This document shows, one piece after another, positions 25,225-40,200 of a stretch of 64,000 nt of DNA. How positions within the stretch are numbered: position 1 is the stretch's first letter; every line of letters starts with the position of its first letter. The DNA is from Hyphochytrium catenoides (lineage: Eukaryota; Protista; Hyphochytriomycota): positions 124,001-188,000 of the forward strand of contig FLMG01001570.1 in the NCBI GenBank assembly GCA_900088475.1, written 5' to 3'. Both the position numbers and the translations under genes were made by a program. Under the pieces are notes generated by a model that was given only the letters and a program-made list of their open reading frames with translations, was not told the origin of the DNA and searched no databases.

Positions 25225-28200
25225 CTACCGTTTACTGGCCACCGGCTTGTCTTTAGATCTCAGGGGCACGGTCTCCTTGACGGTAGCCTGAATCGCTGAA
25301 CCTTGAGTCTTAGATTTAGCCTTAGAAGGTGGTGTTCCATCCGATTTCTTTTCTTGGTCCTCTTCTTCTGAACTCCATTCTTCCTCCTCTCCAACAGATT
25401 CTTCTCCTTCCTCATCACCTTCTTCTTCCTCGTCGTCTTCGCCGCTTTCGTCATCCTCACTCTCTCCAGCATCATCTTCCTCTTCCTCTTCGCCCTGTTC
25501 CTCATCATCGTCTTCCTCTCCCCCTGTCTCCGACTGTGAGTCCACTTTTTTCTGAAGAGATTTCTCGCTAACTCCCTTGTTTAGCTTTTGCTCTGGAGCT
25601 CCAGATCCTGAGGATGCATCTGCCGTCTTTGCTAGAGGCAGGTCAGGTCGGATATCTGCTAGACGCTTGATGGAAGATAGGGGAACACAAGCTGACTTAT
25701 CGCCATCCTTGAAGTCAACAGCATAGGTACCATCAGCATTAGCACAGGCAATCTTTCCCTCATACCACAGTCCATTGTCGTATTGAGCTGCCACGGCTTC
25801 TCCCACTAAAAACGAGACGGGCGCCGGACCTTCCAGGGTAAATGTGAAGATCACCTGAACGCTGCCATATCCCTCCTTGCTTGGCTTTTCCAGACCATAA
25901 TCTGCGAATGGAAGAGTGAACGACTGAGAGTGAGGAGACGGTAGAGAAAGGATCTCAGCCATGTTGACTAAGCAGCCAGCTATCAATCTATCTGGCAGGG
26001 GCCAGATCTGCTTGTCCATGATACGAAGAGCGAGTACTGCATTGTCTCCTTTCTTCACTTGTATTTGGGTCATGGCATTCTTGAAGACTGGGTTGCGGCC
26101 GGCCCCATCTTCGACATCACTCTCATAGTTGTGTCCTCCTAAAGTGAGCCGCACATAGGGGTCTTGCTCTCCAAAAGTCTCAACGTTATGAAGATTCTGT
26201 GCGGATTTGACCTCAATCATTATTTTGGCGTTACAGCCAAAGACAGCGGCCCCAGTATTATGTTCTTCTGCTAGGCTCTTGCTATCCATAAACTGGTAGG
26301 TGACGTCCACTGTGCCGCACTTGTTGGTTCCAGATGAGGTTGCAGTGGAAGAAGTTGGAGGAGGCTGAAGAAGATGAAACTTCTGCACCGGAGCTCCATC
26401 TTCCTCAGAGATAAATGGAGAGATATCTACAGTGGCCGTTCCTATGAGCGCATTATTTACAAGTCTCTCCACATAAAAGTGCAGCTCCAACACGCTAGAC
26501 ATCCCCGGCACCAGTGAGAAGTCATGCATCGCACTGGCAAACTCAGGGTTCACATCTCCCTCGTTGGCTTTGATCTCCCAGATCTGGTTCTGCTCCAGCT
26601 TCACCTTCACAATGATTGTTTGGTTGCTACTCAAGCGAGGAAGGCCGTACGCTCTATTAAGCTGTATCCTAAGAGTACCCTTTCTTGCAATCTTGATGGT
26701 GTTCTGGACCTCCGTGCTCCCTATTTCTTCAGCTCTCTCAAAGGTAAGCGCTAGTTCTACCTTGCCAACGTCTCCAGGCTGTTTGAAGTCGTGATCCTTG
26801 AAGGGAAGGGAGAAGATGGTCTGGACCTTTTTCTCTTCTTCTACGACTGTACTGAGGTCGATTTTGGCTGCCCCACAAGGTGCCTCAGAGCCTACTAATA
26901 CGGGACACTCCATCATTTCCAAGACGAGAATGCTGCTACTTTGTCCAGGCACAACCGCAAAGTCATTCGTTACGTTGCGGAAGACAGGTGCCATCTTCCC
27001 TTCCTTCGCACTTGACCCTTTCCAGGGTTTATGATTATAGAGGAGGAAAGGGTAGATCTCCCCATCAGGGAACTTCCTATCGAGATCAAAGGCTCGGAGT
27101 ACTTGCACTCGAAGGTTGCCTTTCTTCATGAGAGGTCTCTCTAGGACATTCTGCTGCCTTTCCAGGACGTCTTTTGAGGTAAACCCGTGTCGAAGAGTGA
27201 CGTACACTTTCTTGGTTCCTCCATCGGTCATATCTGCCTCAGAGGGTCGTAGGTCGTAGGTTGCTTCTCTCACTGCTTCCTCGTTGTTGATAACTCCGTG
27301 CACGTCTATCTCACCAGACGCGGCAAGAGAGAAGGTCCCAAGGTGCCCTTTAGAGAAGAGACGAACTGTTATCTTGCCCTCTTCTGCTGTCCGCGTTCTA
27401 AATACGTGGCAGGAATTCTGCCAGGAAGGAGAATCTCCCTTCCGACTGAGCCCGGTAACGAAGCGGTCAGTGTTATAGATAAGCTTCGCATAGCATTCTG
27501 CCTTGTTATCGCTTTCTCCTTCAAGAAAGGCGCGGACAACCTCAACAAATAGTTCTCCTTCGCGTTTGACGGGCAACAGCACACTTTGCTGGAGCTCTTC
27601 GACGCTTCGGAAAGAAAGCCTAACGGTTATCCTGCCATAGCTGCCGGGGGATGATAGAGAGAGATTGGGATAAAGTAGCTCAAAGGTATCTTCAATTCGC
27701 CCTCTTTCTCCCCCCGCCAGAGAAGTGATATCCACATCCGTGGCTCCAACCAATTCGTCAGAGGTTAGGCCCTTTCGATAGAGCCCAATTATCAAGTAGC
27801 CCTCTCCCTCTTTCTTTGTGGAGAAGTCAACGACACAGTCGGTGAAGGTCACTCCTCTCTTATAGCCCACACTAGACTCCGACTTTTTACTCTCTCCGTT
27901 GTACACCATCATAGCGCAGTACTCCTGCCCTAGAAGAGAGCTTTGCTGGGGCAAGTCATACGCTTCCAAGACCTCAACCTGCAAAAGACCAGCACGGGAG
28001 AAGGAAGCCGCGGAGCGAGCAAGTCGTTTTTCACGTATGGATTCAGGCTCAAAAGAGAGAGAGACAGAGACCAAACCGTAGTCCCCTGCTTTGGAGAGTG
28101 TTTGGTCAGCAAAGCAGAGTCCCACAGTCTCTATGAGAGGCTTCCTCTCTTTGATCAAGTCTGACACATCTATCGCTGCAGCTCCTAGAGGCTCCATAGA

Positions 28201-31200
28201 GGTGAGAGAGGATAGGAGGATCTCTATGACCAAGAGGCTGGAATCTCCTTTCTTCACATCAAAGTTGTGAGAGGCGAGATCAAAGGTAACAGCACTCCCT
28301 TTCTCTTTAGCTTTTTCTGACTCGAATTTCTTTCCAGAGAAGAGAAAGCGTGCAATCGCTGATCCTCCTCTCCTATCGTTGAAACCGAATGCGCGACTGA
28401 CTTGCACACGGAGTGAACCACTCTCGTCGAGAGAGGTTCCTTTAGTCACTCCAGAAAGAGCAGAAAGGGCTTCTGAGTCCGTGAAAGATAGAGATAGCTC
28501 CAACCATCCCATGTCCTCCCGTTTGCTCAGAGCTGTATCGGCATAGTCCAGTCGAATTAGCATCTCTTTCCGTTCGTTATGCTTGGCTGTGTTAACAAAC
28601 TGAGCTAAACCTATCTGGGTTGCTCCTAGCACTTGGTCAATTGCCAACATCTCCCTTTCCCTCAACCTGACAACCAAGCGACCAGGTTTGTTGGGGAGAA
28701 CTGTGAACGTACTGGCAGCATAGTTGAACTCAGGAGAGCTATGCTGGCTGACGGTCACGCCGGACTTATATGGAGGATTCTCAGCTAGGTAGAGCTCCAC
28801 ATAAAGTTCCCCACGCTTCTTTATGTCAAATCCTCTATTCACAATGATTGTCAATCTACCTTTCCTCTGGAACATTGCTTCTATCCCTTCTCTCTGTTGT
28901 TGAATAACATCCTCTGGCAAAAACTCTACTTTCAGCTGCACTTTCCCAGCCATACCGGCTCTGGTGAGGTCTGCATCGAGGAAGTTGAGGATCGGAGATA
29001 AAGAAAGTGCTTTTCCGGAGTTGACCGCAGAGGAAATGTCCAGTTCGGTAGCTCCTATGATGGTGTCCTTCGTCGCGTTGTCATCGTACACTAAGAGGCG
29101 AAGAAGCCCCATTTCTCCTTTCTGGATACGAAACACATGCTTAGCATCCGGGAACTTGACGGCTCTCCCTCCATCTCGCACTGCGGTAGAACGGAACGAT
29201 TGACCATTGAGCTCGAACTGCAGAAATGGATCTTGCTTCCACAATTTGTCTACCTCTCGAAGATCGTATGCTGTCTCGGCATGCACTAGAATGGCGCCTG
29301 ACTGGTTAAACGGGGCAGCTATCATGCTCTTTTTCTCCATTTCGTTCTTGTCCTCGAATGAAAGAGACACGACCACCTTTCCATCCACAGGTTGGGTTCT
29401 CCCTTTGCCACTCGCCATCACTTCGTCGGAGTGAGATAAAGAGAACACTTTGTCCTCGATCTTTGCGCCATCATTGACCACTTCAGCCACACTAAGGCTC
29501 ACTTCGCCAATTACGGTCTGCTGTCCTAACCCCAGTTGATCAACGATCCGGACAATGAGGCGGTCCGGATCTCCTTTCTTCAAGTCCAGGCGGAAGTGAC
29601 TGCTGTTGAAAGAAGGATTCCTGTCCCCATTATTACAGACGGAGCTTGACAACTCCTGGTGACCAAAGATCACCCTCACCAACGGGTCTTGAGTCCCTAG
29701 ATGTCGAACCACTGGAAGATCGAAAGCTCGAGGAACGCTTACATAGAGTACTCCTTCCTTCTCTAGAGGCCTGCCCATGGCGGCCTCCCTTTGCTTCTGC
29801 AAGGGATCCACGAATGCAAAGGAGAGCTCTATTCTGCCGAGGTCATTCTTCTGCTTTCTAAGAGCTTCATCCTCATGAGTCAGCATAAAGGTCTCCCTTA
29901 ATGTTCGCTTGGTCGACATGACTCTCGTTAAAATATCAGTGAGATCCAATTGACAGGCGCCGATGAGAGAGTCGCTTAGCACATTGTGGTCCCTTACCCT
30001 GACTACAAGCTTGCCACTGTCTCCCTGTCGAAGAGTAAAATTCCTCACTGCATTGCGGAACAAAGGATTTGTTCCTGCATCTTCAGCAGTCTCTGAATGC
30101 CAGGGAGGGTGGTCTCCAAGAAGAAGCTCAACATACGGATCTTGCTTACCCAACGCCTGAATATTGCGAAGGTCAAAGGCACGGTGGGCAGTTATGGTCA
30201 GCTCCCCATCAACAGGAATCCGGGAAACGATCTCGTTTTGCTTTTCCTCAGCTCCGGATAACAAACGGAAACGCAGCTCCACACTGCCGCTCCCTCCTTC
30301 GACCACCATATCAGGATCCTTGTACTCGAGAGGGAAGGAAACAGTCTTCTCTCTCAATCCGCTGTTTAGCTGTTGTGAGCCCAGCTCGCGCACTATTCCG
30401 GCCAGGCCGATCTGTGTCGCTGAGATAACGCTATCGCTAACAATTCCTCCTCCCATGGCGTACACCTGGAGTCGCCCACTCTCACCCTCTCGTACAGGCA
30501 GCTCTGTGACAGCGTTCGAAAAAGACGGGGAGACAAGGTGCTGGCTTTGTCTATCCGTCTCGAAGACATGCTCTCCTTCTCTCCCGATCAGCTTAAAGTA
30601 ACGAGTTGCTTTCTGCAGCTTGGAAGGAGCTGGAAGGTCCCATGCCCTCTCCACCTGGATGAAGAGTTTTCCATTGCAGTCGAAGGGTTCTAAGACCAAC
30701 TCCCGTCGTCGGTCTGCCTCGTCCTGAAAATCCAGAAGAAGCTCTACCTTACCACAGCTTCCGGGGATCTTCATTTCGACATCCTGCGGTAAATAGTTGG
30801 AAGGGAACAAGAGACACAGATTGAGCGGAAACGATAAGAGTGAGGAGGAAAGAAAGGACGACCACCCGGACCGGGCGTTGTTGAGAGTAAAGATGTAATA
30901 AGAAGCGGTGTAAGAAGCTTAAGAAGACGAGGAGAGAGGCTGTGACTCTGGTAATCGTAGAAACAGACAGGCAGACAGACTGGCATATAATAACTGACTC
31001 GAAGCCGTCTAGAAAGGCTGCTTATGTTGGCACAAATTTGGCCAATCGTCAACCAGGAGGACCGAATGCATAAAATAAAGCGATAGAAACAAGTTGTCCG
31101 CACCTGGTAGTCCAAGTCTATTGTGAGCCTCATCTTGCCGGTTTTAGAGGTTGCTTCCCCCAGCCCTACCTCGGCTACTCCTATAACCTTATCAGTCAGA

Positions 31201-34200
31201 GTGTTATAGTCTATGACACGCACCACCATCCTCCCGCTTTCTCCACTTCTCACTTTAAACTCCTTAACTGCGTTAGAAAAAATGGGTGAGGTGCCACCGT
31301 CTTCGGCAACCGATGTCTTGAAAACCTGTCCGAGAAAGAGCAGCATCACGTACGGATCTTGCTTGCCTATGGTTTGAACTATTCGGAGATCGTATGCCTT
31401 GACCACTTCCACGCGTAGCTTGCCTCCCTTAATTATGGGAGTCTCAAGTCTCTGCTTCCTTTCTCGCACCTCGTTGTCGCTAAGGAAGGACAAGAAGAGA
31501 TCAATCTGCCCATAGTCTCCTGGTTTCTCCAACTTCTCATCAGCGAATCGAAGGGGAAGAGACATGGTCATTTGAGGAAGAGTACTTTGACTGTTGTTGA
31601 CTATGTCAGCGACGGAAAGAGCCCCAACCCCGAGCACCGGATTGTGAGCTAGAGCATCGCTCTTCACAACCACCAGAAAACGGCTGAGGTCTCCATCTTC
31701 TACTATGAAATCCGTTGTAGCATTAGGGAAGTGAGGAGTTTGTCCTCCGTCTTCCACTACGCCGCTTCGGTAAACGTGAGAGTTGAACAAGAACTTTACA
31801 TATATGTCCTGTCGTACGAAGCTAATCAAGGAAGCTTGAGGTAGGTTGTACGCCTTCAAGGCCTGCACAGTCAGGCGGCCCGGACGGCTAAGTGGTACAG
31901 GAGGTGGTATGAAGCTCTGCATGGCAGCGGCGCTGACGAAGGAAAGAGATACTTCTACACTTCCAAAAGCTCCTTTGCTCCGCATTTTCTCATCGCTATA
32001 GATCAGCTCCACGACGTGAGAGAAAACGTCTATTCTGTCTCTTGCGTTGCCGTCCACTGGTCTTGTTGCTCTCTCCTTCTGCTCCATGATTAATTTCTGA
32101 ACATTCAGTTCTGCCACTCCAATGAGTGTATCCATTAGCGGTCCACTATCGAAGACATACAGCAAAAGGCGGCTCTCTGTTCCGTTTTTTGCCTTAAACG
32201 AATGAGTCCCCTGCCTGAAAATGGGGTTGCGTCCTCCATCTTCGGCGATATCAGTTTTGAACTTCTGGCCACTAATATAGAGTTGTACGTAAGGATCCTG
32301 TTGCTTTTCCACCTCTTTGAGGTTCAAACAGCGATGAACGCAGACGGTCAAAACTCCATCTTCGTCAAAGAGGTCGGCCGCAGATGAGGCTGCCAAAAGT
32401 TCCTCTGGCTGGATAAAGGTCAGACGCAAGTTCACAGTACCACATGGCTCTCTTTTCGACAAAGCAAGATCAGCATATGACAGTGGAATACTTAGCTCTA
32501 TTGGAGCTCCTTTCTCTTGGCTCACTAAGATTGCCCAGGCCAAGCCAAACTGAGCCACTCCCAAGACATTGGCTGAAAGTGTTCCAGGTGCCAGAGCATG
32601 GAGGAGCAGACGCCCGCTTTGGCCTTTTGCGATGGAGAACTCGTGCACCGCGTTCAGAGAGGAAAAGTTTGGGGCCGTTCCTTCTCCTTGTGCAACTGGT
32701 GTCTCATAACGTGTCTCTCCTAGGAGCAAGCGGATGAGACAATCCTGAGGGCGAAGGAGGACATCCGAAACCTTGTTCTGTAGGTTTTTGAGTCCGTACG
32801 CCTGAAGCACCTCAAGCCTTAACCTTCCTGAGCAGGCGAAGGGCTCATTTACGTCATTCTCTTCCGCAAGAGCCTTCTCATCCAGAAACTGCAAAGAAAC
32901 CTCTACCTGCCCACAGCTTCCTTTTTCTTTCTCTTTGACTCCTGTGTGAGTTGGCTCTAGCTCATAGACACTAACATTTGCTCTTTCCACGGACGTTCCT
33001 AAGACGATCTCGTCAAGCGGTATCCGACAACCACCAATCAGAGAGTCAAACAATGCGTTGGCGTCCATAACTTTTACCAGCAGAACGGCTGGATCGCCTA
33101 TCTTCACCTTAAAATCTGTACATGCCGAGGAGAAGATAGGGTTCCGGCCGCCATCGATTGTAGCGGAACTTCTGAAGGATTCGGAGCCAAAGACAAGATG
33201 AACATATGGATCCTACGTAGAGGGACAAGAGAAGGAAGTATCGTGATACAGCTTTAGACCCCTAGGCGCTGGGAGCGAACTGACAGACGCGTGGCAGAAA
33301 GGAAATGGACGGTAGACGGAGAACCAAAATGAAGGACGACAAAAGGCGACGACAAAAGGCACCTACCTGTGTTTGCCCAGTTATCTCAACGTTGCGTAAG
33401 TTGGTCGCTCTTGTCACGTTCACTCGCAATAGCCCTGGCTGGTCCAGGGTCTTCCTCAATCTTGCCTCTCTCCGGAGCTCATCTTGTCCCTTAAAGGAAA
33501 AGCAGAGCTCAATCTTACCGCACAGCTTCGGCTTTGTGAGTTGCAAGTCTTGGTACTCAAGGTCTACGGCCGTCTGGAGGACGTGGCGGGATCCGTTGAC
33601 GACATCTGATAGTGCAATAAGCGTAGCACCTCTGACAGGATCCTAACGATAAGAGGGCCAGAAACAACTATTAGAATGGTTGATAGAAAGCTCGTCATTG
33701 TAGAGATTGCAAAACGCGCCCCAAAGACCCGCAACATTAGCAAGTCGAGTTCACAGGGCAACTTGTGACCATGAGCAAAAACTGTAGAATGCCCTGGTCG
33801 GTGGACAGATAATAAGAGTGTCCGAGAACATGCAAGCAGGCAGCTTCTCCCTGGCGTGAATAAGATGCCTTACATTGAGCAAACTGTCCTCCACCAGGAT
33901 GAGCTTTAGAGCGCCAGCTTCTCCCTTTTTGACCTCCAGGAATAAGTTCTGCTCCTCCGTGAACTCCCCTTGACCATCCTGGACTGCCACCATTCCGCTC
34001 TTCAGTTCCTGTTCACCAAAGAAGAGCCTCACGTAGTATTTTTTGGAGCTGGGAAACATTGTAGAGGAGGAGAGAAGGCCCCTATTCTCTTCAAGCTGCA
34101 TGAGGCGGAGGATCTGAACTTTGACCTGCCCCTCCTTCTCAAGCATCCTGTACGCCCGCTAGAAACATTGAAGAAAATTAGTCTTCGGAGGCACCGGCAC

Positions 34201-37200
34201 AAGACAGAAGCTTAGCACGATGGGATCTCAAGGAAAAAGAGGGCGCGAATCGCCCAAAATAAGGCTAGTTCCCTATGATGCGCGATTGACAGGAGAGACA
34301 CGGGAGCGCCTAAGCCTTGTAATGGCAATGAGGCAACAGCAGCAAGGACAGCAAGGAGAGATTTTCTCTGTACCTGCTGCTTGTGTACGGTCTCAAGGGT
34401 GAGGAAGGCCAAAGAGAGCTGCACTCTCCCGCGATCTTCTCTCTTCGACAGCTCAAGATCCGTAAAGTCCAGTGGATATAAGCCCTTTTCCTCTTTTCCT
34501 TCCTTTCCTCCTTCCAGGCAACGTGATAATCCAATCTGCGTTGCCCCAATGAGCTTATTCTCTCCAACGGTGTCCTTATCATAGACTCGGACTAGGAGCG
34601 TTGCCAAGTCTCCTATTTTCAGCTCAAAGTCATGAGTCTCATTGTGGAATACAGGGTTACGTCCTCCGTTAATGACTGGCTTTGTTCTGTATACCTGAGA
34701 GCCATGCAAGATCTCCACGTATGGGTCCTGTGGGCAGGATTTCAGTAGAGGCGGCTCAAAAAAGTGCAGGGTAAAAGCACTACTAGCTGCATTTCAAACG
34801 TGAGGAGACAAGAGTAGAAAGGAAGGAGATAACTAAGAGGCGTAGAAGGAAATGGGGAAAACGATAGGTGAGCCACGGCTGAGGGAGGGCAAGGACCATA
34901 GCTGCATTGAAGCTCGTTGACGAGTTCTCCAACGTTTGTCGATATTTGCTTCTCACCTGCTTTCCTATTGACTCCACATCCTTGAGATCCACACAGCTGT
35001 GGACCTGCACCCGAACCACTCCAGCCATCTTAACTACCTTGCCCAATTCTTGATGACGAGCAGCCGTTGCCTCGTCCATGAAGGAGATGCTTAGTTCCAA
35101 TCTACCTTTCCCTTCCCGTTTCCTCATGTCCAGGTCCTTGTACTCGAGAGGAACAGTGAAGGTCTTTTCCCCTTGATCAATACCTCCCTCTCCTGCTCCG
35201 ATATAGGGCTCTATGCTAATCGCTGTGCAGCCTATAAGGGAATCTCTCAAGTTGTTATCGTCCCAAAGGCGTAGGAGGAGCTGTCCACTTTCTCCTTTCT
35301 TTACAAAAAAGTCATGGATGACGTTAGGAAAGACAGGGTTCTCACCACCATCTTCTGCTACCTCTCCCCTGTATTTCTCCTTTCCTAGCTGCATTTGGAC
35401 ATATGGGTCCTGCTTGCCCACCAGCTGTCCTTCCTGCAAGCCAAAAGCACGGTGAACCTGAACGCGCACTACTCCAGAGCGCGAGACGGGGCGTAGAGAA
35501 TCCTCCTTTTCTTTGAGAGCTACCTCGTCAATGAAGGAGAAAAGCAGCTCTATTTTGCCACACTTCATAGGCTTCCGCAACGCCGTATCAGCGAAGTCGA
35601 GCTCATAGACTTGCTTCAGGGAGGAATGGTTGGTTGATCTGGAGGAAGAAATGGCTTCCAGAATGTGTGCAAGGCCGATTTCCGTGGCGCCAATCACAGA
35701 GTCTTTCACGGCATTCTCATCCATAACTTGGACTACCATCCTTCCAGGGTCTCCTTTCTTGAGAGAGAACAGAGTGGTTGCGTTGCTGAACGAGGGATAG
35801 CGACCTCCATTTTCTGCTGTCTCACTCCTGAAGCGCTGTTCAAGGTATTGAAGCTTAACAAATGGATCCTGACTGCCTAACAGCTGCACATCTCGGAGGT
35901 CAAAACATCGCAAGATCTGGACCTGAAGTTCACCAGACAGAGGGATTGGCGCGTTGCATTCCTCTCTCTTCTTAAGCACTTCTTCGCCTATGAACGCGAG
36001 GGAGAGCTCTATCTTGCCATTCTTTCCTCTGTATTGCAAATCATAGTCCGAGAAGTCCAGGTCATAGATATCCCTTCGTTCCGTTCTTCCATCTCCAGGT
36101 TCCCCATTTACTAGCTCGGACAAGCCCAGCTCTAAGCATCCAATTACCGAATCAGCCAGATTATTGTCGTCTAGCACGCGGACAATGAGACGGCCAGAGT
36201 CTCCCTTCTTGACCTGAAAGTCATGACATGCATTGGCAAATACAGGGTTTCTCCCTCCATCCTCGGCAGTAGCAGTTTTCCACTTGTTGTCTCCCAGCTG
36301 CATCGCGACGTACGGGTCCTGTTCTCCTAGGATCTGAACTTGTTTCAGGTCGTAACACCTAAGCGCCTCCACTCTGACAATGCCGTTTCTCTCTAAAGGT
36401 TTCTCTAGATTTGTCCGCCGCTGTATAATTGTTTCGTCTAGAAAGGACAAAGAAAGGAGAAGTACTGAGTGGGGTTCCTGAGTCTCTTGTCCCTTGTGAT
36501 CGACAAGCAGCAGCTCACAAGGGAGCTGCACCGACTTGCCGGCGTTTAGGGTGTCTGCTAGGCCAAGACTAACTTGTGCCACTATCTTGCCACTTCCGTC
36601 CGTGGATATCAGTTGCGCAGTAAGGCGGCCACAATCTCCCTTTTGAAGGAGAAAGTTTCCCCAACCCTTAAGAGATATGGTAGACTTGCCCTCCGGCCCC
36701 ACTGCGAAGTGTTCTGACTCGCATGTCCCTGTGCCTAAGTTGAAAACTAGCTTATAACTTCCTGATATCGGTAGAGAGCTAGAAGTGCTTGACTGTTGCT
36801 CATCTTGTGGTCGGCCCTTCTTCAGCTGAAGACTCAAGGGCTGCAATCTGAGGTGCCCACCATGATTAATCTTACGGCTCAGCTCTTGTTTCCGTCTCCG
36901 CTCTCGTTCTTCCTCTAAGGAGATTTCCAGCTTGACCTTTCCAGTTAACTGGGGGCAGAAGAGCTCGACATCGGCAAACTCTAGGGGTACGTCCACCTCT
37001 GTTTGCCTCCTTCCGTCCTGTAACATGGTGGCTACGCCCAAGAACCCAGATCCGAGGTGCACTTTCTCCGCCTTTCTCTCGCTGTGGCCGTAGACATGAA
37101 TCCGGACAAGACCGGCAGCATTCATTTTCAACGCAAGCTCGACCCTTTTGCCCTTCCCCAGCTTCTTGTCTCCGTGCGCCTGCACATCGTCTCCGCGGGT

Positions 37201-40200
37201 TTGCCCTGCAGACGGTGACCACTGGCAGCTTTGTGGCATAGACCCATGGTCTAGCTCTATATCATAATGATCGAACGTAGTGCCGACGTGAGACGCATTT
37301 CTTGGGCTAGACGCTAGGGCAGGGAAGACTCCCAATATGCCGATCTCAGCCACTACATTCTCTCTCAAGGGTTTCTGACTCTCTAGCAACCTCTGATGAA
37401 GCTCTGCATGGAGGAACGCTAGCGAAAGTTCCACTCTCCCAGATGTCCTTCTCTCTTCCAGGTCCATATCCGCATAACTTAGCTCCACCAATTCATGCAA
37501 TTTACCCCCTTTTTCAATAGCCTCCAACGCACTGAACTCCGTAGCCCCAATGAGTTGGTCTCGCAAGTTTGAGTCATCGAAGAGACAGAGAAAGATCCGA
37601 GTGCTGTCCCCTTGCTTAACGATGAACTCTGCTACCGAGTTAGAGGGAAACGAGGGCGATCTACGATCAAGCCCAGAGTTGCAGATAGAGCAAAAGTAAG
37701 TGCAAGCAACAAGCCAAAATTTGTAGACAGAGACGATTCCTGACAACCTATGTCGTACTAGCTATCGAGGCGGAATGGACCAGAGGGACGTGCTTGAGGA
37801 ACACAGATCATTTGGTTGGAATACAAAGGGTAGAGTAATACTGGTGAGAGCAGAAGGCGGCCCAGGGTCTACGATCTTTTGCCTACCTTCCTCCTCGGTG
37901 AATGATTTGCGACTTGTATCTTTGTCCACTGAACGTCACAACGGCGTAGGGGTCTCCACTGCTATCTGAGCTCTTCAACGCTAGATCAAAGGCCCGATGT
38001 ACCTAATCGTAGTCGTGTAGGAGAGACACTAGGTAAGCAATCTTTGGCGGTACTCTCCTACACGAAAGGCTACGCGAACCCTAGCAGATTCCTTCAAGCC
38101 TATCGTCAGCACTGTTTCCACTCGCTACTCGCAATGCGAGAGTATAGCGGAATACACTAGCTGGACACATGTGCTGCTCAGTGTCACGACTCTTTTGCCT
38201 CTTGAGGTACTAAGACACTCCTGCCTACATCGGCCCTTCCTCGTCGTGATACCTGGATGCGAAGGACACCGCTTTTCGGCGTAGGGGTATTCAGAGTGCA
38301 CTTCTGCACAAATCTGGATTTTTCCATAAAGGAAAGCTCCAGCTGTATCTGGCCAAGACTTTCACCCCGCCTAGTGAGTTCCGCGTCTTTGTGTGTAAGT
38401 GGTAAAGATAAGGATCGCCATCCTGAGTGAGAGAAAACCGACGAGAGTGGAATCTCCGCAGCTCCTATGACAGAGTTCTTAAGCACTCTGTCCATGACCT
38501 GCAGTACCATCATCGCAGACTGTCCTGCCTGCGCCTCGAACTCGTGAATAGATTCGGGAAATGCAAACGTCTCCCCTAGTCCGGTGTCGCTCTCTGCTTC
38601 TCCATTGGAAAGCAGAATAGGTGCCCCGCAGGCAGTTGTCTGAATCTGGTCCCTATACACTAGCCGAAGCACAGGTTCTTGTCGTCCTATTCCCTGAGTC
38701 TTACGGATATCGGTGGCAGATTTGATTCTAATCCGGATGATGCCGTCCTTCGGTAGCTTCGCCTTATTACTAGCTCGCTCCTTCTCCTCCCTCGTCAAGA
38801 AGGATATTGAAAGGGTTACAGACCCATAAGAACCTCGTTTTTCCAGTGCATCATCCGGATAGTCTAACTGGATCGTCTCTGACCTCAATACCTTGTTCTT
38901 GGTAAGGATGTCGATGACGTTGACGACAGTGCAGCCAGCAATGGCAGGATAACTGTATAGCATGATGAGTAAAGGTTGATCGAAAGAGTGGCGGAAGGAG
39001 CAACAGTACGAGAAGCAAAGGTAGATCTTGGACGCAGCACTAACAAAGAGGCAAGAATTAGGATGAGGAGGCGCCAACCTGGCATTATCCTTCACCACTA
39101 TAAGGAGTTTGCAGTCAAAGTCCAGATCAACCATAATATCTTTCGCCTCGGAAGGAAGTTTCTCGATCACAAGCTGCTTGTTTCCTGCTCTAAGCTCTAT
39201 GGAGGTGGACAGCTTGTTGGTGGAAGCGGGAAAGGCCTTGGCCTTGGCCAGCTGCGCACTATGCACTACAATGGACAGGAAACCTTCAACGTTTGCCCTC
39301 TCAGTTCCTTTACCCCACTCCCTGTACTTTGATTGTATAGCCAGTGCTGCGTCCTGCTGTCTGGCAAATAGTTCTGCTTTTGCAAGCTCCTTCGCCTTAC
39401 GTGGTCCATTGACATTAACTGCAAGATCTCGCTCCAGCTCCGCGAAACGCTGAAGACGAAGCATTTCGTCTTCAATAAGCGGTTGAACAGCTGAAAACTC
39501 TCCTTGAGCGTTTTGGTTTCTGTGTTGAAGGCCATACGAAGAGAGGAACTGAGTGTAGTGACTTGATACCCGACTCCTCTATGGGCGTGTGCTACGTGCA
39601 AACCTGCTCTATATATTGTCCAAGGTGCCTCTTGACCGATCTTCTGATTGACCCCATACACCATTTTAACGGTATGACAAGTTCAAGATCCCACTTTGAC
39701 CCCAAACCACTTAAGCAGTCCAGGACTTACGTGCTAGCCGTAGCCTTAAGCTTCTTATTTTTCCTCTTGACATGTGATAGCTCTGTCTGAAGGAGGGAAA
39801 GCTTCGTCTCCTGCCCTTTAAGTAGCTCAGACACCTTCAAGACTTCTTCTCTCAAACTAACAGTCTCCTTTCTATAGTGTTCCTTCTCGGCTTCCACCTC
39901 CCAGAGCTTCTTATATTTGCTACAGTTTCGGATGTCAGACCAAGGGAATGAGCCAGCTTCAATGCCCACAAATGGGGCCGGATGCACAAAGAAAAGGCAC
40001 CATAAGGCTGTCTACTAAGTACTTGAAAAGGAATCTAAGATATGGGAGAAGAGTGGAGGAGCTCTTCTTGGTCAGCGTATCGAGGGGTAGGATAGCTTGG
40101 TAGAGGCAGATATAGGCGATTTCGGCAGCCGATGAAGAACCATTCGGTACTCACGTTATTGAGATAAGGCGTTCCAGTTCTGCCTTACTTTCTGCAGCTG

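Noticed and set aside
25260-39453. Numerous plus-strand ORFs antisense to the C2 gene, and similar ones opposite other genes
   Set aside because: They are shadow ORFs of long coding exons with no independent motifs.
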